The position numbers and the translations under genes were made by a program. Below the pieces are notes generated by a model. It saw nothing but the letters and a program-made list of their open reading frames with translations. It did not search any database and had not been told where the DNA came from. Below, piece after piece: positions 9,529-20,564 of a stretch of DNA of 21,553 nt (position 1 is the stretch's first letter; each line of letters starts with the position of its first letter). Source of the stretch: Octopus sinensis (taxonomy: Eukaryota); NCBI RefSeq assembly GCF_006345805.1, contig NW_021823679.1:1-21553 (forward strand), in the 5' to 3' direction.

Positions 9529-10017
9529 ATTATATTGAAAGACTTCAGACAAAAATCCTGCCTCCTCATTGATATGACCGTCCCAGTCGACATAAATGTA
9601 TCTGTCAAGACCTACCAAAAACTAAGCAAATATAAAGATCTTGAAATAGAAATTGGCAAAATGTGAAACCTCAAGACTAAAACAATACCTGTTGTCACAG
9701 GTGCCCTAGGAATGATTGCAAAGGGAGCTGATTGCTACCTAGCTCAGATACAAGGGAACCCCAAAATGGCAGAAATTCAAAACATAGTGCTTATGGGAAC
9801 TGCCCATATCCTACGTAAAATACTATGTAATCTAAAATTTTAAAACAAACTCCTAATTTTCTTGTTTTCTTAAACATTCTCTAGAACAACACTATGTACA
9901 AAACCAAATATATGGCACCCTAGGCATAACACCAACATGAACTTCTAACTTGTTGTCTCTGGGTCAGACTTGGAGCCAACCTGTACAAATACAAAGCAAA
10001 AGTCAAACATTTGACGT
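9529..10017 (+). mobile_element. 3' end of a Dong/R4-clade non-LTR retrotransposon (restriction-like endonuclease C-terminus and 3' UTR), 5' truncated
   Basis: Frame from 9529: IILKDFRQKSCLLIDMTVPVDINVSVKTYQKLSKYKDLEIEIGKM*NLKTKTIPVVTGALGMIAKGADCYLAQIQGNPKMAEIQNIVLMGTAHILRKIL; RLE motifs (ID..P, K..KY.DL, PVV.GALG, GTAHILRK); one TGG>TGA stop at 9664; followed by (TAA)n. Confidence 0.9.
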
Positions 10018-10150
<133 letters not shown>

Positions 10151-10167
10151 CCTTTCTACTAAAGGAT

Positions 10168-10478
10168 TCGATCTCATTTGGCGAACCGATAAGTAATTAT
10201 ATCGATCTCAATTGGCGAACCGCAAATGCATTTTATCGATCTTATTTGGCGAAACGGTATCGATCTCTTTTGGCGAACCACTAAGTTATTGTATCCATCT
10301 CATTTGGCAAACCACTAAGTTATTATCTCGATCTTATTTGGCGAACCGCCTAAGTTATTTTATTGATCTCGTTTGGCGAGCCGCTAAATTATTCCATCGT
10401 ATCATTTGACGAAACTTTAAAGTTATTCTATCGATCTTATTTGGCGAACCGCGAAGTTACTATATCGATCCCATTTGT
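10168..10478 (+). repeat. 34-bp minisatellite array 2 (~9 units, one with a 10-bp deletion)
   Basis: Unit starts at 10177, 10211, 10245, 10269, 10303, 10337, 10372, 10405, 10440, 10474; same consensus as array 1. Confidence 0.93.
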
Positions 10479-10894
10479 CAAATAACAACAGTAACAACAA
10501 AAGCAACAAACCATAGTTTCTTCCTGCTCTTAACCCATCAGTCAAAGATGTCCAGTAAAACCCCTTTACCGATCCTCATCCCTAAAATATAATAAAACAA
10601 AACTGTATTGATAAGGTTTTGTAATAACGACTTTTGGTGACAGACGAGAATTAGTCTCGAAGAAGGGGGCGACGGTTATCAAACTTACTACTGCTAGCCT
10701 GTACAATGTTTAGATCGAACCCTGCTCGTAAAATAAGGGTCTGGATTGACTGCTTCAGTTATTATCGATGTACGGTTTTTAATTTTAGAATTAAGCTCGG
10801 ATATCTGTCTTCATACCAAACATATCCCGTCTCCGACCCACACGCACGATGTTTCCTCTCTCTCTTTTTCTTTTTCTATCAATTCTATAATTCT

Positions 10895-11304
10895 TCCTAA
10901 TTTTGGGCTCAAGTAGTTTTGAGGGGTGGGGTGGGGGGGCTAGTCGATTGCATCGGCCCCAGTATTCAACTGGTACTTATTTCATCGACCTCTTATTTGG
11001 CGAACCGCTAGTTATTATATCGATCCCATTTGGCGAACCGCTAATTTATTCTATCGATCCCCTTTGGCGAACCGCCGCGTTATTTTATCGATCTCATTTC
11101 GCGAACCGCTAATTTATTCTATCGATCCTATTTGCCGAACCGCTAGATTATTATTATACCGATCTCCTTTGGCGAACCGCTAAGTTATTTTATCGATCTT
11201 ATTTGGCGAACCGCTAGGTGGCATTTGAACTCAGAACGTAAAACCGGAAGAAACGACGCTAAACATTTTGTCCGTCGTGCTAACGATTCTGCCAGGTCGC
11301 CGTC
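10895..11304 (-). mobile_element. family B SINE interrupted by minisatellite array 3
   Basis: Tail/body 10895-10992 (tagtcgattgcatcggccccagt..ctggtacttatttcatcgacc) and head 11217-11304 (ggtggcatttgaactcagaacgtaa..gctaacgattctgccag.tcgccg) flank the array. Confidence 0.8.
10977..11216 (+). repeat. 34-bp minisatellite array 3 (~7 units)
   Basis: Unit starts at 10996, 11029, 11063, 11097, 11131, 11168, 11202. Confidence 0.93.
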
Positions 11305-11679
11305 CCATCGCTACTATAATGGCCTCAATTCTTCGGAGCTGTCTTGATTTGTACCGCCTCTACTCGGGCACCTTCGACTCCCTCGGCTTTCCATCTCTCG
11401 TCACTCGTCTTGCGCATAACACTTTCTCGGTCTCATACCAACCACTAAGTTCTTACTTCTTAGGACATCTCTTCCCCCCACCCCGTCTCCTTACTCATGT
11501 CTTTCTTTGATTTTCTTTGTTCACATCACGAAGATTTTTATATGAGAAATTTTTAATTTCTTACATAATCAATTTACTTCAGAATCGGTGAGGTGGATGA
11601 CGGTGGGGAAGTGAAGATATCAAACACCGTGAATAAAGATATGAAATACATACAAACTAGCAGCAGAAAATATACGTTT

Positions 11680-11691
11680 ACACACACACAC

Positions 11692-11768
<77 letters not shown>
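11680..11768. repeat. (AC)n microsatellite
   Basis: Directly visible. Confidence 0.95.
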
Positions 11769-11770
<2 letters not shown>

Positions 11771-12156
11771 GCATTCTGGCATACATTATTCTAACTGCTT
11801 CCGGCACTTCAGAGATATTTTTCCTTAAATCTTCTTTTGAAGAATTCTATAGTTTAGCATCGAATATCACAGCCGATAGTGATGTTTTTCTGAAAATGTG
11901 ATTTTGTTAATTAGTCACAGGAGGAAAAATATGTCATAGTTTATAAATTTGGTCTACTATGATTACCAATATTATTGGAAACATGCTCTGCTTGTAAAGA
12001 TTTGGTTATCAGCGACGGAAGCAGTACTAGGTCAAAAAAACAGTCTGCATATTTTACTTAACGTGGATATATTGGAGAAAGCCACCCTCCTGCAGTATTT
12101 GTCTCGAGAAAACATCTCGCATAGAAGTATAGCGTTAAAAAGTATAAAAACATATC

Positions 12157-12390
12157 TATTTCTTTACTACCCACAAGGGGCTAAACACAGAGGGGACAAA
12201 CAAGGACATACAAACGGATTAAGTCAATTACATCGACCCCAGTGCGTAACTGGTCCTTAATTTATCGACTCCGAAAGGATGAAAGGCAAAGTCGAGCTCG
12301 GTGGAATTTGAACTCAGAACGTAACGGCTGACGAAATACCGCTATGCATTTCGCCCGGCGTGCGAACGTTTCTGCCAGCTCGCCGCCTTT
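12157..12390 (-). mobile_element. complete, young family B tRNA-derived SINE (Meta/MESC-like central domain) with 18-bp target-site duplication
   Basis: Minus strand GGCGGCGAGCTGGCAGAAACG (A box)..GAGTTCAAATTCC (B box)..GACTTTGCCTTTCATCCTTTCGGAGTCGATAAAT..ACCAG; TSD AAAGTATAAAAACATATC at 12139-12156 and 12391-12408. Confidence 0.92.
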
Positions 12391-12671
12391 AAAGTATAAA
12401 AACATATCGATAACAGAAACAGGCGTGCAGCAGCGGCGGCGGAATTTCGATTTCTGCTTTTTTTTAAATCGTTACCAGTAGCAAGTATCCATTAGCAACT
12501 GCATGCTAGGCCAAATTTAGTTTGTACGATATAGAAAACAGTGATTAACAAATCACTGGTGTCTCAAATAGCTGACAGGATGTGTAAAAATTCGGTATTG
12601 ATGACAGAAGTAGTATTAGTTTAAAATAGCATACTGTAAATCTTACTTAACGTAGATATATTGTAGAAGCC

Positions 12672-12842
12672 ACTGCTTAGCGGTATTTTGTTCGTCTTTA
12701 CGTTCTGAGTTCAAATTCTGCTGAGGCCAAATTTGAACGCAGAAAGAGTCGATGAAATAAGTACCAATTAAATACTACGGTTAATGTAATCGACTTAGCG
12801 CTTTCTCCAAAATTGCTAGCCTTGTGCCAAAATTTGAAACCA
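12672..12842 (+). mobile_element. family B SINE copy (5' clipped, internal deletion)
   Basis: TGCTTAGCGGTATTT..TACGTTCTGAGTTCAAATTCTGC..GTCGATGAAATAAGTACC..CCTTGTGCCAAAATTTGAAAC. Confidence 0.8.
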
Positions 12843-12861
12843 AAAATTACTCGATCGAAAT

Positions 12862-13064
12862 AAGGCGGAGAACTGGCAGAATCGTTAGTACACCGGCATT
12901 TCGTCCGTCTTCACATTCTGAGTTCAAATTTTCTCGAGAGCTGATTTTACCTTTCATCCTTTCAGGGTCGATAAAATAAGTATTAGCTGAAAACTGGGGT
13001 CGATGTTGTCGAATTACCCAACCACGCCGAGTTTGCTGGCCTTGTGCCAGAATTTGAAAGCAAT
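12862..13064 (+). mobile_element. family B SINE copy
   Basis: GGCGGAGAACTGGCAGAATCGTTAG..CTGAGTTCAAATT..CCTTTCATCCTTTCAGGGTCGATAAAATAAGTA..GGCCTTGTGCCAGAATTTGAAA. Confidence 0.85.
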
Positions 13065-13289
13065 AGTTGCTCGATCTTGATCCAAATTGGCTGTCCCAAG
13101 CAGGTTTGTCAACTGTACCCATTCATAACGTTTTTGTGGTACTCAGTTCAGCGTTGAGGTACGCTCGTCCTACAATTAAGGGCTTGCATGGGAGGTAATC
13201 CAGAAGTGCGTATTTCCCAAGGAGTTCACTGGGTTGTTGTTCTCTCTGTTACCGTCATTCTCGAGTGTGCGACAAACCTACGTGAAAAC

Positions 13290-13440
13290 GTATGTATGTT
13301 TGTTTGTATGCATATATTTATGTAGGTATGCGTGCATGTGTATGTATATCTGTGTATGCATTATGTATGTAGGCATGCGTGTATGTATATACATACATAC
13401 ATATATATATATATGTATATATATATATGTATGTATGTAT

Positions 13441-13527
<87 letters not shown>

Positions 13528-13861
13528 ATAATATATATATATCATATATATTATATATATATATATAAGTAACGCGTGTCTGAATCTACATGTATGATAT
13601 ACTGTATGCGAGAACATGTACAAGGAGGTATTCATTTATAGAGGCATGTTTAGTGGCTTGTTTGTATACGTGTGTATATACGTAAAAATTAAAGTACACA
13701 TGAAAGCATATTTATATATATATATATATATATATACATACGCATAATACATATATATACGTGCATACACGCACTCGCCCCACATACACACATATGCATC
13801 CATACATCCATGGATGAGTGCATATGTGTGGGTAAGCATGTATATCGATATATAAACCTGA

Positions 13862-13917
<56 letters not shown>

Positions 13918-14051
13918 GCAAATATGTACAAGTATGTACATGCAGACGTGTGTAAGTGTACATAACCTGTATCTGTACATTTATGTAGTTACGTAAACTT
14001 AAATATATCCTTGTTTGTACATATTTATATATTTATGCATTTATAAATATA

Positions 14052-14086
<35 letters not shown>

Positions 14087-14600
14087 TAATATATATATAT
14101 ATATATAATATATATACAATATGTATGTACACATGTATCTTACAACCATCTAGTTATGTACACATGAATATATGCATGTAGTCATGTATGTATATAAGTT
14201 ATATTTTTATATTATTTTTCATTCGCATATTTTTTTCTGGTCTGTTTTCATCATTATGGGTTTTCTTAGATATGTGTATGAACGTATATACACTTCTTCA
14301 AGTAAGTATATGCATGCATCTGTAGATCAAGAGATTTGCGGATGTGTTTAAAAGTATGTATGCATGTGTGTATGTATGTATGTATGTGCGTTTGTGTTGT
14401 GTCCATGTGTGGTATGGATGTGTAGATATATAAATTAACATATTTATGAATGGATATGCTTGTATGTACATATGTATGGATATATATACATTCGTATACA
14501 TACATGCACACACATACGTAATCGTTTATGTTAAACATATATTAATAACTATATAGGTATATGTTTTGTTTGTAAGACATAAAAACGTTATACATGAGTA

Positions 14601-14631
<31 letters not shown>

Positions 14632-14743
14632 ATATATATACATATATATATCTATATATATATAATATACATGTATAATATCTATTATATATACATATAT
14701 ATATATATATAATATACATGTATAATATATATATATATATATC

Positions 14744-14776
<33 letters not shown>

Positions 14777-14960
14777 ATATATGTATATATATATAATATA
14801 CATGTATAATATGTATATATATGCATATATTATATATAATATATATACACATGCACACAAATGTATTTGTATGTGTACATATACATTGACAACTGGCACA
14901 TTCTCACACACATACACACAAACAGACATACCTATACTCACATCTGTGTACATATATATA
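13290..14960. repeat. long low-complexity (TA)n/(TATG)n/(CATA)n region
   Basis: Directly visible; source of all YIYI-type ORFs. Confidence 0.9.
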
Positions 14961-15828
14961 ACGACGTATAATAGCGAAGTGTGAGTTATAGCATTAAAAC
15001 ATATTTGCCTATTAAAAAGCCATTTACAAAATAGACTACATACTGTGTCTTTCTGAGAACATCTTTATAAACTAGTTCACATATGTAAAATCAACATTAT
15101 CTCCCTGTATTTTATATCCATTAAATCAACTGTTCATAGGATATGGCGATTCGCCACAAGATATTCATACATATATTGCTTCTTCCTCAAAGACTGGGTA
15201 TATCGCTATTTTAGTTTTTTCTTCTAAATATCCTTTTTATATGGATTATGTTTCGTTTAAAATATTGATTTTTTTTCTAACGCACAGGACAAGAACTTTA
15301 TTGGAGGGAGGAGAATATGACTGTTTGATGTTCATGCCTTTCTCAAGAACATTAACTGCGTAAGTGAATTGAATTGCTTTTTAATGGGGAATCGAAACCG
15401 GTTCATGAAGACTACTCCCTTACAACTTACTTCTTCGTTTATGATGCTTCATAACATTATTAGATTTGCTTTGTTTTTGCCCAATTAGCGTGAATGGATC
15501 CGTTTTTGGTGTATACCATTTGTTATTTATTTATTTTTTAGTGCGAGAAGAATATAGTTTGGCGAAGATTCCAAGTTTTTTTTCGTTATTGCAAACGAAG
15601 GTTGCCTGATATATTTACTTAGAAAACATGGTTTTACCAAATTGGAATTTACAACCTTAAGATGGACGTTGAAGAGGAAAAGATATCACACCAAGAAATA
15701 CAATACAGTTAAAAAGCTAAGAAAAAATATTCCATATATATTTACGTGTGCATGCATGTATATATGTGTGTATGTAAAATGAAAACCCCTCTAAGCTTGC
15801 TGAGTTAGGAGGATGAGTAGACAACCTA

Positions 15829-15921
15829 CAGGGCGAAAAACGAAGCATATCTATGGCGGCAGAAATCATTGAAGTCTACGGCCATGCTACACTGTGTGCA
15901 CAGTCTTGGTCCAGCTATTTC
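15829..15921 (+). mobile_element. possible decayed mariner transposase N-terminal HTH fragment
   Basis: QGEKRSISMAAEIIEVYGHATLCAQSWSSYF resembles mariner HTH pattern KGxNAxxAAxxIxEVYGxxAxxxxxAQxWFxRF; short, no TIRs or DDD domain seen. Confidence 0.4.
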
Positions 15922-16680
15922 TCATGGAGAGCGGTAGTTCCCGCAGCATTCACCAACAAACTGGTTACTTTGGTGCAGAAAGTACCGTGGCTATGCAGGG
16001 GATTGAAACGTTTTCAACATAAAAGGGTCAGTCAGCAGAGAACCATGAAAATGAGAATGTAGACATGGTGTGCCACATTACTGGGAGTAAGCAACCTCTA
16101 ATCCATGTTAGAACACGACTCTGGGGGAGGGAAAACCCGAAGATAAAAACCTGCGAAACAATGACAAAATAAAGCTCAAGCAAATTAACACCAAATATAT
16201 AGTGCGTGTGTTTTTACTGGCTAAACTGGCAACATGACCATCCTTAAATACAACAATATCTGTTTCAACGCATATATGTATTCACGTACATACATATATA
16301 TGTGTGTGTGTATCTATGTACACACAGGTCCATGCATATATTTTGTGTGAATGAGAATGCGTGCCTGTGTGCATGCGTTTTGATATATAGATGTGTGTGT
16401 GTGTGTGTATGTATGCATGTCAGAAACCACCAGTTATGCTGAACCAGAGTACCCCACAACTCTTCTCACTTGTCACTGCTTGTACTGACATTTGGTGCAC
16501 TTCAACCTCCATTGCATGACCCAGGTCCGTCTTGAGCCCTAGGACTAAAAAATTTAACCCAGTCCTCATAGAGTATGAATGACGCGATTACAAAACACTC
16601 TACACTTCCAACGGGTCGCCAGTCCTTGTTCAAAAACTCAACGCACTGCCCGGTCCGGAAATGCAAACCACAATGTTATA

Positions 16681-16727
16681 TATTTCTTTACTACCCACAA
16701 GGGGCTAAACACAGAAGGGACAAACAA
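16681..16727 (-). mobile_element. 47-bp 3' tip of family B SINE (severely 5'-truncated insertion)
   Basis: 46/47 identical to 12157-12203. Confidence 0.85.
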
Positions 16728-17191
16728 AGTGCAACATCCTAACCTTTAAGCTAATCCCCTTCGCATGGTGCAAAACAAAAAGCACCCTATACTCTCTGAA
16801 TGATCGTGTCCCTTCAGATGATAGGTTTTTGCTGTATCGCACGTTCGACGTACGATATAACGGGACAATAATAATGTCTTCTCAAATCGTTCTACTCAAG
16901 ACACTGGCAATAACCCTCGACAATACACAGCTCTCGGCTTTACTCTGCCTTGAAGGCTCTCTGCGCATGTCCATTTATATTGTGGCACAGTCCAATAGGA
17001 GCCAACCAATAGGGGTGTTCTGCTTCCACACAACAGTTTTTAGTGATATTTCAACTCCAAAATGTTTCATTTGTGTTTCGCCTGTATTCCAGGCTTATTT
17101 CTTCTTCGACGTGGAATTAACTGTCCTGTCTTTCATCACTCAACATGTTTATTTGGTTTAGCACAGACTGATTAGTATTTCGAAGGCTCCT

Positions 17192-17193
<2 letters not shown>

Positions 17194-17225
<32 letters not shown>

Positions 17226-17383
17226 TATCATCGTCGTCGTCGTCGTCGTCGTCATCATCGTCATCATCGTCGTCATCATCGTCATCATCGTCGTCATCAT
17301 CGTCGTCATCATCGTCGTCATCATCGTCATCATCGTCATCATCGTCGTCGTCGTCGTCGTCATCATCATCATCATCATCATCA

Positions 17384-17427
<44 letters not shown>

Positions 17428-17665
17428 GTTGTTGTTGTTGTGTTGTTGTTGTTATTATTATTATTATTATTATTGTTGTTGTTGTTGTTATTATTGTTGC
17501 TGTTATTATTATTATTATTATTATTATCTTATTATTTATCTTTATTTTTGTTGTTGTTATTATTATTAGTTTTTTTTATTATTATTATTTTTTATTGTTG
17601 TTATTATTATATTATTATTATTATTATTATTATTTATTATTATTATATTATTATTTATTCTATTA
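17194..17665. repeat. compound trinucleotide microsatellite (ATC/GTC/ATT/GTT)n
   Basis: Directly visible. Confidence 0.95.
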
Positions 17666-17957
17666 TTTTGCTTTCTCTTCGTCTTTCTCTTGCTTCTTAC
17701 CTGCTTTTTAGCCCAGGTTCTCCCTTTCTTCTGAACACAGAGCTTTACTTCTTCCTTTTTCCTTTCTAGTCGTTTCCCCACTCTTCTCCGGCAACCATAT
17801 GTGTCCTCATCGTCTTATGATATTAGGGGTGTGCCGTTGTCTAGGGCAGGGGTAGGTTCCCATTCGTCGGGTTTTGGAAACAAGGACAATACGAACTCCT
17901 CCGCGAAATTCGGGATTATCTCTCTGTCTGCGATTATCTCTCTTACATTTGACCTGC

Positions 17958-18308
17958 CCCTCCTCCTCCTCCTCCTCCTCTTCTTCTTCTTCTCTTCTTC
18001 TTCTTCTTCTTCTTCTTCTACTTGTTGTTGTTGTTGTTCTTCTTCTCCTTCTCCTTCATCATTATCTACTTCTTCCTCTTCTTCCTTCTCCGCTTCCTAT
18101 TCCTTTTCTTCCTCCTCTGCTTCCTCTTCCTTTTCATCCTCTTCCTTTTCCTCATCTTTCTCCTCTTCCTTTTCCTCATCTTCCTTTTCCTCCCCTCCTC
18201 CCCCCCCGCCCCTCCTCCTCCAATTCGTAGCCCTCCTCCTCCTCCCCCATTCCGCCTCCATCCCTCCTCCTCCCATTCCTCCTCCGCCTCTCCCCACATC
18301 CTCCTCCT
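17958..18308. repeat. (CCT/CTT)n polypyrimidine low-complexity tract
   Basis: Directly visible; source of Ser/Pro/Glu-rich ORFs. Confidence 0.9.
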
Positions 18309-18356
18309 AATCTTTCATTCCCTTCTCCGAGTTCGATTGCAAGCAGTGACCTGAAC

Positions 18357-18381
18357 AATAATAATAATAATAATAATAATA

Positions 18382-18434
<53 letters not shown>

Positions 18435-18582
18435 ATAATAATAATAATAATGATAGTAATAATAATGATAATAATAATAATAATAATAATAATAAAATAA
18501 TAATAATAATAATAATAATAATAATCTAATAATAATATAATAATAATGATAATAATAATATAATAATAATAATAATATAATA
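18357..18582. repeat. (TAA)n tract
   Basis: Directly visible. Confidence 0.95.
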
Positions 18583-19135
18583 AATGCGCTGATGCAGTAC
18601 CAGGCAGTGGCTCTCATGGCTTCTGATCTTAACTGATTGGAAGTGTTTCATGTACATTGTTTTGTCTTGGTATAAAAGATGGGCTACAGCAAATTCTGCT
18701 CAATACCACAGATTTGCTTGTCAGTTGTTTGACCTTAAACAGTTGAGCATGTCCCTTAGTGGCTGACGATATGTGCATCTCTGATCACGAGCAGAAGTAG
18801 TGGGGGAGCATCATAGCCATGTGTTGAGAGGATTCTTTGGGGTTTGAATAATTCACCTCTGGAAACATGGGTGGTTCTTTCAACATCCTTAAACAACCCT
18901 TATTCAGGGACCTTTTGAGCGGGATGGGCTACTCGAACTGAAGTAAATTCTAACTAGGCCCCACCTGCAAGGTCATGTGCTGTTTATCTTGATATGAGAT
19001 CACCATGTCTCGCACATATGGTTGTGATGCATGTGCCTGGTGTACCCTTATCAGACGGGTAGTCATGATGGGTATATTGGGCTTCGTATATTTTACCCCA
19101 GTGTCACTTTGATGGCATGCACTGCTCTCTCACTC
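18583..19135 (+). mobile_element. (TAA)n-flanked non-coding retroposon, copy 1 (probably Dong/R4-type 3' UTR or dependent element)
   Basis: Closely similar to 19237-19710; both end ..GCACTGCTCTCTCACTC then (AAT)n; no credible ORF. Confidence 0.75.
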
Positions 19136-19236
19136 AATAATAATAATAATGATAATGTTGATAATAATAATGATACTGATGATGATAATGATAATAATAA
19201 TAAAAATAATAATAACAATAATAATAATAATAATAA

Positions 19237-19710
19237 GTCTTGATATAAAAGATGGGCTACAGCAAATATTCTGCCTCAATACAACAGATTTGTTGTCAGT
19301 TGTTGACCTTAACCAGTTGAGCATGTCCCTTAGTGGCTGACAATACGTGCATCTCTGATCACGAGCAGAAGTAGTGGGGGAGCATCATAGCCATGTGTTG
19401 AGAGACATTTTGGGGTTTGAATAATTCACCTCTGGAAACATGGGTGTTTCGTTCAACGTCCTTAAACAACCCTTATTCAGGGACCTTTTGAGCAGGATGG
19501 GCTACTCGACCTGAAGAAAATTCTAACTGGGCCCCACCTGCAAGTCATGTGCTGTTTATCTTGATATGAGATCACCATGTCGCGCACATATTGTTGTGAT
19601 GCATGTGCCTGGTGTACCCTTATCAGACGGGTAGTCATGATGGGTATGCTGGGCTTCGTATATTTTACCCCACCAGTGTCACTTTGATGGCATGCACTGC
19701 TCTCTCACTC
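19237..19710 (+). mobile_element. (TAA)n-flanked retroposon, copy 2 (5' truncated by ~80 bp)
   Basis: Starts at the position matching 18664 of copy 1; same 3' end; flanked by (TAA)n on both sides. Confidence 0.75.
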
Positions 19711-19778
19711 ATAATAATAATAATAATAATATAATAATAATAATAATAATAATAACAACAACAACAACAACAACAACA

Positions 19779-19952
19779 TCGGAAAATACATTAGGAATGA
19801 GAACCCAGGCTCGAAATTTCCCCAAGACACCTGAAGAAGGCTGGAGGGTATATCAGCCGAAACGTTGTTTTAACAAAGAAAGAAGATGAGGACAAATTTC
19901 CGTCGAATGTAAATAATGTACATAATTCCTCATCTCTTAAATATAGAACTGT
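19779..19952 (+). mobile_element. Penelope-like pseudo-LTR fragment
   Basis: Contains the PLE-type motif CCTGAAGAAGGC..GCCGAAACGTTG; follows a (CAA)n tract; boundaries approximate. Confidence 0.55.
19827..19870 (+). ncRNA. degenerate minimal hammerhead ribozyme motif, family H2
   Basis: ACAC | CTGAAGA (19831-37) | A-GGCTG..CAGCC stem II | GAAA (19859-62) | CG | TT | GTTT (3/4 pairing with ACAC); stem III reduced to the palindrome AACGTT. Confidence 0.55.
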
Positions 19953-20321
19953 GTTTTGGATAAAGTTTTCAGAAATAACCCAATAAGTTTACCGTTAATT
20001 TCGTGAAATAATCACGGGTCCCAGCAAGTATTTATAAATCACAGTATCAAAAGGTCGGCGGTGTGACATGGAAGATGTGTATTTTCCAACGTTCTCCTCT
20101 CCAGAGTTTTATATAAATCAACAGATCAGTACGGAATGTAATATTAATTAATAAATAAATGAGAAAACGGCCAGAATTCATGCAATCACATTTATTAGCT
20201 TATAGCTCATTCTACTCTAAATAACCGTGCAACTGGAGTTGAATGTTAATAGCAGAAACAACTGTTAGCTAATGCAAGTGATTACGTAACTATGATCTTT
20301 GTTACTCATTTACTAAGTAGT

Positions 20322-20351
20322 ATATATACATGTGTATATATATATATATAG

Positions 20352-20408
<57 letters not shown>

Positions 20409-20418
20409 ATATATTATA
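20322..20418. repeat. (TA)n microsatellite
   Basis: Directly visible. Confidence 0.95.
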
Positions 20419-20452
20419 ATACTTATTTACAAGCAGCAGAATATAACAAAAG

Positions 20453-20490
20453 CTGTTACTCAGAGTTTCACGTTCCCGTTCGTCGGACAG
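20453..20490 (-). ncRNA. minimal hammerhead ribozyme motif, family H3 (U4C core variant)
   Basis: Minus strand CTGT | CCGACGA | ACG-GGAA-CGT | GAAA | CTCTGAG | TA | ACAG. Confidence 0.65.
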
Positions 20491-20527
20491 GTTCTATTTT
20501 AACAAAACTGTTTTGTTAAAATAGAAC

Positions 20528-20564
20528 CTGTCCGACGAACGGGAACGTGAAACTCGAGTAACAG
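20528..20564 (+). ncRNA. minimal hammerhead ribozyme motif, family H3 (U4C core variant)
   Basis: CTGT (20528-31) | CCGACGA | stem II ACG/CGT with GGAA tetraloop | GAAA (20549-52) | palindromic CTCGAG | TA | ACAG (pairs with CTGT); predicted cleavage after 20560. Confidence 0.65.

Noticed and set aside
13070-13290. GC-balanced unique segment with an acceptor-like site on the minus strand
   Set aside because: All frames close within ~45 codons and no peptide is recognisable.
16088-16155. RTE-like 5' UTR motif (TCTGGGGGAGGGAAAACCCGA..AAACC)
   Set aside because: Short resemblance from memory, with no downstream endonuclease ORF.
16870-17190. Possible minus-strand LINE 3' relic (GAF..MKHFGVEISL)
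   Set aside because: Only vague similarity to Dong/R4 C-termini; diagnostic motifs absent.
17440-18358. Long ORFs (up to 169 aa) rich in Ser/Leu/Pro/Glu
   Set aside because: They are open only because trinucleotide repeats lack stops; ORFs overlap in all frames and show no domain signal.
18761-18800. CTGACGA..GAAG hammerhead-like string in the TAA element
   Set aside because: GAAA is missing, stems are unconvincing, and copy 2 has CTGACAA.
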